Of a stretch of DNA of 64,000 bases, positions 12,560 to 25,600 are shown piece by piece. The notes under the pieces were generated by a model. That model was not told where the DNA came from and searched no databases. It saw only the letters and a list, made by a program, of their open reading frames with translations. The position numbers and the translations under genes are program-made. This stretch comes from Neodothiora populina (Eukaryota): NCBI RefSeq assembly GCF_041146345.1, contig NW_027191405.1:1674001-1738000 (forward strand), in the 5' to 3' direction. Within the stretch, counting starts at the first letter, position 1. Each line of letters starts with the position of its first letter.

Positions 12560-14225
12560 CTACGATTCCATCGCAGTGTCTTCCTGAGCAGCAGCAGCAG
12601 CAGCATCATCGCCCCATAGTCCTTCTAGCTTGAACTCCTTGGCCCACTCGGTGACAATCTCCTTTTGATCACCGACAAGACCCTCGTGGATCTTGTCTCG
12701 GTTGCCGGCAAGGGCGATATCCTGCACGACTTGGATCGTCGGCGCCTCCATCCATCCCTGGATGCGACCGTCTCTCCAGTCGATGACGACGGTCTGAGCG
12801 GCGGCGTGCAGGTTCGGTACGCCTCCCTTGCCGAGTCTGCCTCTCTTTCTCGCGACCTGGACGAGGAAGTCTGTGGTGACGTCGCCGTTGGTAGTCATGA
12901 GGGCGGGGACGTTGTAGACGGCCAGCAGACGCTTGATGCCGTCCTGGGTCGCGCTCAGGCGGTTCAGCAGGAGCGAGACAGCAGGGACAGGGTCCGAGAT
13001 GTCCTTTGGCGGGACGGCGTTCAGCAGAATCAGACGGGCCTGTTCATCGTTCTTTGACATCTTGGCGGTCTCTCCAGATGTAGGGAAGACGATTCCGGGG
13101 GAGTCGAGCAGTTTGAGCTTGTTATCGATCTTGACTTCTCTCAGACTCGTGGTCACGCCAGCTTCTGCACCAGTCGGGCAGGCAGCACCCTTTCCGCCGA
13201 GTCTCGAGGTCAGGGAGTTGATGACGGAGGACTTGCCGACGTTGGGGTATCCGATGACACCAACGGTGACGGCACGCTTGAGCTGAGAAGAGTGGGCGTA
13301 GGTCTTGAGGGCGCGGAAGAGGGTGTCGGCGGTGGCCTTGACGGTCAGCTGCTTGTGGTCGAAGGTGTGTGCGTTGGCGGCAGGGTTGGAAGCACGCAGA
13401 GGCAGGGTGGGGAAGGAACGTCGTAGGTGCGTCAGCCAGTTCTTCAGGACGGGGGAGGGGACAAGATCGATCTTGTTCAGAATAAGGATCAGGCGCTTGT
13501 CGGGGTTTGCCATGATCTGCCTCTCGACCTCCTTGGAGCGTGTGCCGTCGGGATCGCGAGCGTCGAGGACGTAGAGGATGACGTCCGAGTGGTCGATGAC
13601 CTTTTTGAAGACCTTGTCGAAGGCGCGGCGGGAAGAGTCTTTGCGTGCAGAGTCGGCATTGTCACCATCGTCCAGATCGGCTTCGTCATCGTCATCGTCG
13701 TCGTCGTCCATGTCGTCGGAATCGTCCTCGCTGTTCTCTTCCTGGTACTCGGCGGCACGAGCGCGCGCCGAGGCCAGCAGGGCAGCCATGGGATTTGAGG
13801 AATCGTCGTCTTCGTCCATGACATGGTCGCCCTCTTCGACGTCTTCGTCGAGCAGACGGTCGTCTCCCTCGTCGCCGTCCATGTCATTCACGTCGGTGCC
13901 CTGGCGTTGAGCCTTTGCCAGATCTCTTCTCCTCTGTGCCTCTTCCACCTTCCTTCTCTTTGACTCTTCAATCTCCTCGAGCATCCTGGCCTTGAAGGGG
14001 AAGAGGTTGGGGATGCCAGGATCCTTCTTGACTCGCGATCTCCATTCCGGGTTCTGTGCAGAGGGAGTGTCAGCCATGGGCGGCAGATCAATGTCGGGAC
14101 GAAAAAGAAAGAATCACCTTCTTTGCCTGCTTCCTCTCCTTGCGTTGCTTTGCGGTCGAGGCCTTTTCGATCTTGTGTCTGAGACGCGTCGAGACACGCT
14201 TGGACTTTGGCTTTCCGACCTTCAT
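12560..14225 (-). CDS. NUG1: Nucleolar circularly permuted GTPase Nug1/Grn1 (GNL3-like), 60S biogenesis; exons 14225-14118 and 14053-12560
   Basis: Basic N-terminus MKVGKPKSKRVSTRLRHKIEK...KKDPGIPN, then DARDP, NKIDL (G4), GYPNVGKSS (G1), DSPG (G3) in permuted order; C-terminal RGRLGKGGVPN. Confidence 0.93.
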
Positions 14226-14750
14226 TGGGATGTGAGAGAATCAACGATCAATGATCAGAGAAACAACAGAAGGAAGAATGGTAGGGCGGAGTCAATGGTG
14301 TAGAAGATGCAGATTCATTGTATCACTCTCGCTTTTTTTGGGCACGGACCGTCGAGATTGCCTCACCGCCTTTGGTCTTGGCAGCAAGACCCCCGTTGCT
14401 TCTGTGAGGAGCCCCAGTACCTCCGTACCCTGGAGAAGTAAGGCAGGTACCTACCTAGGTACTCCGTACACTCTGTCGCGGAGGTTGAGACGGACCGACC
14501 AGATAAGCTGCTGGTCCAAGCGCGGCATTGCATCCAGGTTGTCACTGGGAGCTCTACAGTGCAGTACAGTGAGGTAAGGTAGATACAGATACACCCATCA
14601 ACAACCAGGACCATCTGGCGACCGCCGCCTCTCACACTCCCGCATACACTCCCATTCCGATAAAACCCCTGAGTCAACAAGCAGGCACCCTTGCAATCCC
14701 CCAAGTCATTGAGTCCACTCGCGCAATCACAACCCAGCCCCGCCGCGAAT

Positions 14751-14753
14751 CCG

Positions 14754-14788
<35 letters not shown>
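14751..14788 (+). repeat. (GCCT)n tetranucleotide microsatellite just upstream of the VPS26 ATG
   Basis: About 9 tandem GCCT units read directly. Confidence 0.9.
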
Positions 14789-14789
<1 letters not shown>

Positions 14790-14802
14790 AACGGCCACCG
14801 CC

Positions 14803-15858
14803 ATGTCCCTGTTCTGGTCCACCCCGGTGGACATTGACATTGTCCTGGAAGATGCAGACGAGCGAGCCAGTGTCGATGTCAAGATGGACAAGGGCCGACG
14901 CGAGAAGGCGCCCCTGTATCTGGACGGCGAGAGTGTCAAGGGAGCTGTTACTGTCAGACCCAAGGACGGCAAGCGGTTAGAACACACGGGCATCAAGGTC
15001 CAGTTCATCGGCACCATTGGTACTTGTCTCTCTCCTCGTACGACACGGCCATGTCGGATTAACACACACTACAGAAATGTTCTTCGACCGCGGCACCCAC
15101 CACGAGTTCCTCTCGCTGCAGACCGAACTGGCCGCTCCCGGCGACCTGCAACATCCACAGACCTTCCCCTTCGTCTTCAAGAACGTCGAGAAGGCTTACG
15201 AATCATACTCGGGCATCAACGTGCGCCTACGCTACTTTGTGCGCGTCACCGTCTCGCGTCGCATGCAGGACGTCGTGCGCGAAAAGGACATCTGGGTCTA
15301 CTCATACCGCATGCCGCCCGAAACCAACAGCGTCATCAAGATGGACGTCGGCATCGAGGACTGCCTGCACATAGAGTTCGAGTACAGCAAGAGCAAATAC
15401 CACCTCAAGGACGTCATCGTCGGCAGGATTTATTTCTTGCTTGTGCGTCTCAAGATCAAGCACATGGAGCTGAGCATCATCCGGCGGGAGACGACCGGCG
15501 TGCCGCCAAACCAATACAACGAGAGCGAGACGCTTGTGCGCTTCGAGGTGATTCCTTTCTCTCCGCCCCCACCAGACAACAAAGTAATCAACTAATGCCA
15601 AAAAAAAAACAGATCATGGACGGCTCCCCCTCCCGAGGCGAAACCATCCCCATCCGACTCTTCCTCGGCGGCTTCGACCTGACCCCGACCTTCCGCGAAG
15701 TGAACAAGAAATTCTCCACCAGATACTACCTGTCCCTCGTGCTCATCGACGAAGACGCCCGGAGGTATTTCAAGCAGAGCGAGATTGTGCTGTTCCGCCA
15801 GGCCCCTGAGGGCGTCGAGGCCGCGCAGAGACAGGCCAAGGAGATCCAGATGTCGTAG
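14803..15858 (+). CDS. VPS26: Retromer subunit Vps26/Pep8; exons 14803-15019, 15075-15547, 15613-15858
   Basis: LYLDGESVKGAVTVRPKDGKRLEHTGIKVQFIG, IKMDVGIEDCLHIEFEYSKSKYHLKDVIVGRIYF, IMDGSPSRGETIPIRLFL, DEDARRYFKQSEI; two GT-AG introns join the three frames. Confidence 0.96.
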   Translation: MSLFWSTPVDIDIVLEDADERASVDVKMDKGRREKAPLYLDGESVKGAVTVRPKDGKRLEHTGIKVQFIGTIGTCLSPRTTRPCRINTHYRNVLRPRHPPRVPLAADRTGRSRRPATSTDLPLRLQERREGLRIILGHQRAPTLLCARHRLASHAGRRARKGHLGLLIPHAARNQQRHQDGRRHRGLPAHRVRVQQEQIPPQGRHRRQDLFLACASQDQAHGAEHHPAGDDRRAAKPIQRERDACALRGDSFLSAPTRQQSNQLMPKKKQIMDGSPSRGETIPIRLFLGGFDLTPTFREVNKKFSTRYYLSLVLIDEDARRYFKQSEIVLFRQAPEGVEAAQRQAKEIQMS

Positions 15859-16101
15859 TGTCTTTTTTATTTTCTTGGTTTCCCCATAAACAAGACAATG
15901 TTTCTTTTCCGCATAATGATTCTTGTTTTCGAACTTATTTATGTCTTCTTCACCCCCACGCGCGATTTGAGGAAAGGGTCAGAGTCGGCGGCGGTGAGCC
16001 CAAGGCGAGGCGGACGTGTGGACTAAGGGATAGGCGAGAGAGTGGCAAAGGAGCAAAGAGAAGGGTACGCAGCATTCCGTTCCGCACCAGAGTTCTTCTC
16101 C

Positions 16102-16103
<2 letters not shown>

Positions 16104-16140
<37 letters not shown>
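16104..16140 (+). repeat. (CAT)12 trinucleotide microsatellite, intergenic
   Basis: Perfect CAT run between the converging VPS26 and PUT2 3' ends. Confidence 0.9.
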
Positions 16141-16141
<1 letters not shown>

Positions 16142-16665
16142 CATGGCTGGCCCGGTCAAAAGCGCACATTCCAGGAAGCGTCGGCGTCTTTTTCTTATAT
16201 TATTCTTTTCTTTTGCAAATCCGCTTTTGCTTGTCAGGTGTAGTTGCAACTTGAGGCAGATCAGTAGAGCGGCTGGGAGGCCGGGGTTGAGTGAGCAGTA
16301 TAAAGATCTTCCTCTTCGAAAGAGGAAGGAAGCATGGAGAGATGAGAAGAGGGGCAATTTCCAAAAACGATAGAGAGAGACAAAAAGGACGGACAAACGG
16401 TGTTCAGACTTCAAAATGTAGATAACCTTATTTCACCACCCCTTTTCAACAACCAAGATACGGAATGCTGTCAGAAACAACGGGTCTCTCACACCTTTTC
16501 TCTGGAGATGCTGCACGAATGAACAAGAATAATGCATATTCAATTTTATAGATGATCCGTTGCGTCGTTGTTCTAATGGGCTCTTCTATGACCCTCTCTC
16601 TTTCTGTCTCCTTTCCCCTTCTTAATGTCTGAAACTATGCTTTTGTCCTCACGTCTTGCACATCC

Positions 16666-18532
<1,867 letters not shown>

Positions 18533-19143
18533 CCTGATGTGTTGGAGCTTGGTGATGTGACAAGTAAAAGACAAAACACAGAGGAAATGAGGGGAAGAAG
18601 CAACAATCACAAAACACGGGTTGCTTCTTATTATTTATGACTTCCTGTACAGTACTACGAGGCGGTATCGGAGAAGGTCTTGTGTCTTTTTGGTGAGTTC
18701 TGAGATGGCTTTTTCGGCTCTATTGATGACCTACTACCGCTTACCTTCGGCTTAGCCTCCGCAGAGTCCGTGTTTATTGTACAGAAGGTAGAGGTGGGGT
18801 TTGAACCGTGCTTTTCTTATCGTCGCCGCGATGAGATCGGCAAAACCTCGAATAGATATTCACATCAATCAACGATACCCGCTGCTCTTTTCTTGTGATA
18901 CACGAAGAAACCTTGTGTATGAACATACCTCTCTGCTCAGTCTTTTTTTCTCTTCGCTGAGCAATCTCTCAGTCCCTGCAGGTTTTGCCCATGTTAGTCG
19001 GGTCAGAAAGGGTCTGAGTTGTCGTAGAAGGACAGCGTTTGCGAATGCTATATCAAGTACAAATATCGACACATGAGATGAGTTGGATTCCACTGTAGCA
19101 GCCATTGATACAGTACAGCGAATGCTCGTTCCCAACCGTGACA

Positions 19144-21611
19144 TTAATGGCCTTCTTCTTTGAGACCGTCCAGGTAGGCGACGAGGCGCTTTTTGATGAT
19201 GACCCCCACCAATCTACCAGTTCCTTCCTCCAACACCATCAGGTGCCGCAACCCTAGTTTTCCAAACATCTCAGCCGCGTACTCCATTGGCGCTTTGGCG
19301 CAGACAGTGAGAGGAGTCCGGTCGACGAACTTGGTCAGATCGAACTCTCCTTCCTCTGGATCTCCCAGCAATCGCACTTCCACGTCGCTGGGATAGAGAC
19401 TGCCTAATTCTTTCAGCCCAAACTCCAATTCTCCTTCGGCCAGGTAGCCTTGCAGCATGCCGCCATTCTGTACCAGGACCAGACCGGCATCCATCAGTCC
19501 ACGACGCTGTAGTTGCGAAAGCTTCTCCTCGAGTACTTTCCGTGGCACTTTATTGCTCAACGGAACCTGGACCGTGATCTCCTCCATTGTCCGTCTGGGC
19601 GGGATAAGCTCCTCCACCAGAGCGTTCTCCTTTTGTACCAAGGCCATGCTGTGGTCAAGATCCAAAAAGGGATGACCCAGCACGTTCTGCGCCAAGTCGT
19701 AAACTCCCTCTTTGCCCAAGCTGTCGGCAACCCACTTTGCAACCATGATTGCAATCATGTGAGGAACAACGTATTCTAGTTCTCCAGTAAGTTCAAACAT
19801 GATGACGCAGAGTGAGATGGTCATCCGGGATACTCCTGCGAGAAAAGCTGCAGCGCCGACCATGGCGAAAATGCCAGGCGAGATGGTGCCTATACCTAGG
19901 ATCAGTCACTTCTCTTATCATTGCAACAGGTTTTGTCAGCGTACCGATGGACTGCCCCACTAATCGACCAAAAAGTGCCCCAGCGTCCAGAGCAGGGATA
20001 ATGACACCCGAGGGCACTTTGATTCCGAAGGTAACGATAGTCAGGACGAGTTTGGCTAGAGTGCCATATGCAAGCCAGCCGATATAATCCCATCCGCCAT
20101 CTGTGTTGGCTTCATGCTCACAAACCCAAGACTTGGACGACTCTTCGCCACGACAATCCACGAGTAGGTTTTTAATGATAATGTCTCCGGGCTCTCGGAT
20201 TATGGGATTTGGATACTGGATAAGTGCAGTGGCAGCCACAACAAGGAAGACCTCGAAGACTGGATGATTCTTGATGATCGAATACTTACGGAACCAGCGA
20301 GACCAGTAGAAGTTCAGCTTGCAGAATGCACCACCAAAGAGACCTCCGGCTATTCCGAGTAGCACAAAGACCAGATAGTGTATCGGGCTATAAATTGTTC
20401 CATAATTCGTTTCGAAAAGGACTAGCTTGCCTGTGCCAGTTGGATTGAGCGCCTTCAGGACCATGGCAGCGAATAACGAGCATAAAAATGCGCGCCACAG
20501 CACCTTTCTGGGAAAGTATGTGCTGATCTCTTCATATGCGAACAGAACTCCTCCGATGGGCGCTCCAAAGGCGACACTCAGGCCAGAGGCGCAACCAGCC
20601 GCCAGCATCTCCCGCATCTTGCGGCCGTTGTCTCGGTACTTTGGGAACCATCGAGCAACCAGATATGCGCAGCAGGTGCTGATATGCACGAATGGACCCT
20701 CTTTGCCGAGTGTCATCCCTGTTGCAACCGCGAAGATTGCTCCGAATCCCTTGATAACAAGAACCTTGAGATCCAAGAAATTGGGAATGACGAAGCCTGA
20801 CAGGATTGTCTTGATTTCTGGGATCCCTGATCCCGCAGCCATGTACATGCTTTTGCCGCTTGCTACAGGCTGCGCTGCGTCGCTACCTTGCATTTTGTCT
20901 TCAAGTCCCGGAGAAGCAGCAGGCAGAGATCGTCTCGTCAGCATGGTCGCGCTAGAACTGATGATACCAAAAGCCAAGGCAAACGCAACGTATATTGCAA
21001 ACGAAGAGGCATAATTACTAGACCAGTCTTTGAAATCCTCACAATCACTCCCAACCTCAGCCTTTGCGCTTAAGAGGGGTATTTTACCCTCACAGCATCC
21101 CTCGCGGGTCAAGAATGGGTTTCGTACGCAATAGCCACTTTTCCAATCACTGACGGTGGCTTCGGCGACATCGACGACGAAGGCCACACAAGCAGTCAAT
21201 GTGCCAATAATGGCTGCCGCGATCCAGCCAGATGCGGAATCAAACAGAGACAGGAGCATGTTGCGGATTCCTCTTCGCGCATGAATGTAGCGGTATCGAT
21301 ACGAGTCCTTGACCTAATGTCGTACCTCTTAGCAATGCCCTCTTGCCATCCCCACCACCATCATTATGTAGAATATCAAGCAGCAAGCGCATACATACCA
21401 AATCATGCAACCAATCAATAGTAGTATAGTCATTATATTGCAACCGCTCTCCAACAGTGCTTTCGCCCATGGCTTGCTCGTCGACCGTCACATGGCTCTT
21501 GACCATCGAGCTGGCCTCCTCGTCTTGCTGCACCAGTCTGCTCAGTCGGCGGTCTTGTTGACGCGCAGGCAGTAGAGGCGAGCTCTCGTCGACGCTGTCG
21601 TCGCCTGCCAT
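19144..21611 (-). CDS. CLC-family chloride channel / Cl-/H+ antiporter with C-terminal CBS domains; introns 21398-21314 and ~19944-19890
   Basis: YNDYTTIDWLHD, GSGIPE, GKEGP (gating Glu), FGAPIGGVLFAYEE, GIKVPSGVIIP, ELTGEL, and a CBS-like C-terminus FGKLGLRHLMV. Confidence 0.93.
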
Positions 21612-22486
21612 GGTTTTGTTTTTCTTCGTTGCTCGCAAGAGCAAACTACTAGTCGCAAAGGTAACAGTCCCGTCACGAGAAGGCAAACAAACACACGTGA
21701 AGAAGAGCGTCGCAGGCACAACAGCAGCAGAAGATAGGACAGAAAAAGTAGCTAGCTAGCTAGCCAATCAACCAGATAAATACCCATCTACCCAAACGCA
21801 GTAAACCCACCCGTCCACAGGACCTACCAACCTGCCCCCAGTCCCGAGGAAAAAGCATGTACAACCCAACCCACCAATCCATGTCCCTCTCCAGAAATAT
21901 AATCGATAAGGCGAACGACTGCATCATGGCTATGAGGTATGATGTATGATGCACGATAGGACGCACGTCTTATCTCTGCGAGCAGCGCGAGGAAAAAAAC
22001 GCCACAGATAAGGAGCTTAACTTGAGGATGCACATGGATGGATGGATGGTGGTACTTGGGGGCAGGTACTGGAAGGTTAAGAAAGGTTATTTTGTGGGGA
22101 ATGTTGACGCTGCTTTGATACGGTACTGAGATAACATCGGGATACTTGTATCGTGGGGTTGAAGGGGTTAAGGTAGGGATGGTTGGGTGAAGGTATGGAG
22201 CAATGATTTGATGCGTACTGTAGACGCTTGTCTGTGTGCGGATTGTATATATGCTGTACTTACTTTGCTTCGCCATGAGCAGTGTGTTTGATGGGCTGAA
22301 AGTACTCAGGACCATGGATGATTTGTTGACGACTTATGGGGACATCCTCGAAACTATTGTACTGCGGAATAGCAAAGGTCCTTACGATTCAGGAAGAGGG
22401 CCTTTACTGTGGTCGTGTGTCGACGACTTGTGTAGGTGAAAAGGGTGGAACAGAAAAGCGGGAAATAACATCGATGAGGATATCAC

Positions 22487-22509
22487 CTCTCTCTCTCTCT
22501 CTCTCTCTC
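22487..22509 (+). repeat. (CT)n dinucleotide microsatellite
   Basis: Perfect CT run of about 11 units. Confidence 0.85.
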
Positions 22510-22634
22510 ACAGGTTCATACATTCGTTTCCATCATGTCGTCAAAGGTATCTATATAGCGTTCCATATCATTTCAATCCAGCCCATTCCAATTCGAATCA
22601 CCATCGTCGTCGTCCATCATCTGTAGTCATCATT

Positions 22635-25600
22635 CTAAAGTCCCGTGATTTTCTTGAGCCAACCCTTGCCCGAACCGCCCAGTCCAGCGACTCTCCCACC
22701 ATCAGCAGACGTCTTGTTCATGTCCCCAAAGCCAAGGCTGTTGTACGCCTTACTGCTGCGTTTGCTCCTGTCGCCTGCAGAGCCGTCGTCCCGATTCCCA
22801 GCAGCAGCAGCAGCAGCAACACCTTCCTCTCGCATCAATTTGCGCTCTTCGCGTCTGCGTCTCCGTCGCTCGTCGGACGAATTGACCTCGCCGTTGCGTT
22901 CGCGCTCTCGGCGGTGTTTGCGACGTAGCTCGCGTGCTGTCGTCTCATTTACTTCTTCTTCGTCTAGTGCCGCAGTGGCAAAGTGTACGGGTGCGTCTAT
23001 GATTGTGCCTTCTACAGGTGGTGGTGGCGGTGGGTCTTCGTTGACCGAGTGCACCCAGTTGCTCGTCTTGTCTGGCGCGGCGCAGGGGGGAGCGGTGGCG
23101 GCATGATCTCCATATGCGCCATGTGCGCCGTTGCGAGGGTCAAAGTAGTCGTCTACCGGTGGGGGATATTCGGATCTGTGGCGTGACGGTCTGGTGCGGT
23201 CTTTGTCGTGTCGGAGACGGCGCTCTTCTCTTCGCACGCGGCGGTCTTCTTCCTCGAGCCTTGCCCGCTCCTTTTCTTTCTCGCGCCGTCTTTGCCGCTT
23301 TTCTGCTTCGAGTGTCTCTTGGTCCTCGGCTTGTTGACGGCGAGCTGCACGTTTCGCTCGCTTCTCCTCCAGCCGTCGGACTTCTGCGTCTTCTTCCTCC
23401 TGGATCCGACGCGCCTTGCGTTCCTCATCCTGTGCATGTTCCTTTTCGCGTCGTCTCGCGTCACGCTGGTCGAGCTCTGCAGCCTCGGCTGCGTTGCGCT
23501 CTGCACGTCGTGCTCTGCGTGCTGCCCGTTGCGCCTGGGTCTCCTCATCATCGTTGGCATTCGGGATCATACCATCGATATCCATGGTCTTCGAGCGATG
23601 TACTCTTCTACCTTCTCTACGCAGACGGCGAACGTCCTCGTCGTCTTCAACACGACGCTTACGACGCGGCGTCCCATCATCGCTCTCTTCGGCTCTTGTT
23701 CTCGAATGATTGTTTGGCTTGAGTGAACCGAGCAGCCCACCGAAGATACCACTTGCTCTCTTGGACGTAGATGCGGAGCGCTTCGTCGACGGTCTAGATC
23801 TGCGCTCTACAAAGGCTAAGTCTTCAGGCCCAGTGACAATTTCGGGTCCATCAGATGTTACGTGAGCGTCGACCAGAACAGGATCTTCGCCCAACCCGCC
23901 AGACATGACAATCGAATCACGCTTCGAGCTTCTCTGAGTTGACTTACGTCTGTTTTGACTGCTTGAGCGACCAGCAGAGCCCTCGGGTCGATCCACCATA
24001 ATCATGTCGTCGTCGATGGCATATGGATCCGGAGGTCCACGGGACTTTCGCCGGTCACGCGTTGATTCTCGGCGATCGAGACCCCCGGTGCCACGCATAC
24101 CCATGAGTTCTGCCGCTTTGGAGGAGATCTTGGTTGTGTCAATGTCATCCTGTAGATGAGCTGGGTGCTTGTCGACATCCATTGAATGATGTCTATGACT
24201 CTCTCTTCGCGCAGGCGTCGAGTTGCGCGTCGATTTTGACCTTGATGGGGTTGATGTAGGAATGCCGAATGTCTGCGAGAAGCTCGCGCCCCGAGCGGCG
24301 CTCGGCCGACTTCTGCTCTCCCTTCTCGCTCGATCTGATCCGGACGATCTGTCAGCCTTATCGAGGTGGTCGCGGTCGGAAGCCTTCCTTTCAGATCTGG
24401 ATCTGCTCAGGCCTGGCGCAGACGATTTCGTCTTCGAAGGGGAAGTGTCGTCTCGGGAATTTCGCTCCTTTCTACAATCTTCCCTAGCGCTAGGCTTGCC
24501 TGCAGAATCCCAGAATCCCCACGAAGAGCCAGTCTGGTCACGCACCACCTTCGGACGTTCCTTTTTGGAGGCTCTGAGTTCTGGAGAAGGAGTCATGCTC
24601 TTCACAGGCTTCTCCTCTACTTTAGCCGGCTTCTCTCCAGAATCTTTCCTTTTACTAGCAGGCGTAGGTTGGTCCCCTTTCGGCGTTTTGCTCTCCTTCT
24701 TGCTCTTCGAGGCCGACTTGAAGGACTTCTTCTCCTTCTCCGGCTTCGTCTCTGTCTTTTCCTCAGGCGCCTGATAGATCTCAGGGACAACAATTGCGGG
24801 CGCAGTAACCCCTGGACCAACAAGTTCATCTTCTGGGAAACCACCAGGGATAGGACTTGGTGCGGCAAATGGTGCAACAAGCTCGACAGCAGGTTCAGGC
24901 TCAGGCTCCGCAGGTGGTGGGGGCGAAGGAGACTTCTCCTTCTTCGACTTCTTGCCTTTATCCTTCGAGCTTTTCTTGACAGGCTGCGGCTCCTCAAGCG
25001 GAACCTCGATGACTTCAGGTGTCGGATCGGCTGGAGCCGGGGCAGGCTCAGGACTGATAGCAGATGCATCAAGATCTTTTGCGGATGTTTCCTCATCCTC
25101 TTTTGGCGATTGTCTGCCACCTTGAAGTGCTTTAATCCTGTCTGCAACGATGGAGCTTTTCGTACTGCTCTTGAGTTTTGATTTTCCAGACTTCTTGTCG
25201 TCCTCATTCTGCTTCTCAGCTTTGGACTCGGAACCCTTACTTGACTTTGCTCCCCAGAAGCCCCACCCTGCAGCAGACTCAAGCTTCAGAGGCTCTTCAA
25301 CAGCAGGAGGGGATGTATCGATGAGATCTCTGAGGTCGTCCTCGGCCAAGGCAGCAGCGAATGCTTCCTCATCAGCCTTCCGTTGGGCCTCTTCTGCTTC
25401 TTCCTTCTCCTTACGCTCGAGTTCCTGACGTTCAAAGTCCTGCTCTTCTTTCTCTTTCTGTTCCTTTTCCTTCTGTTCCTTCTCTTTGCGCTCTTTCTCC
25501 TTACGCTCTTTCTCCCTCTCCTTCTCTTTCTCTTTCTCTTTCTCTTTCTCCTTCTCTTTAGACGAAGATTTCGAGCTAGATCCCCAAATGCCCCACCCAG

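Noticed and set aside
15858..16373. ORF with a poly-His tract
   Set aside because: The His run is just the (CAT)n microsatellite in an intergenic/3' UTR region, and the ORF starts at a non-ATG codon.
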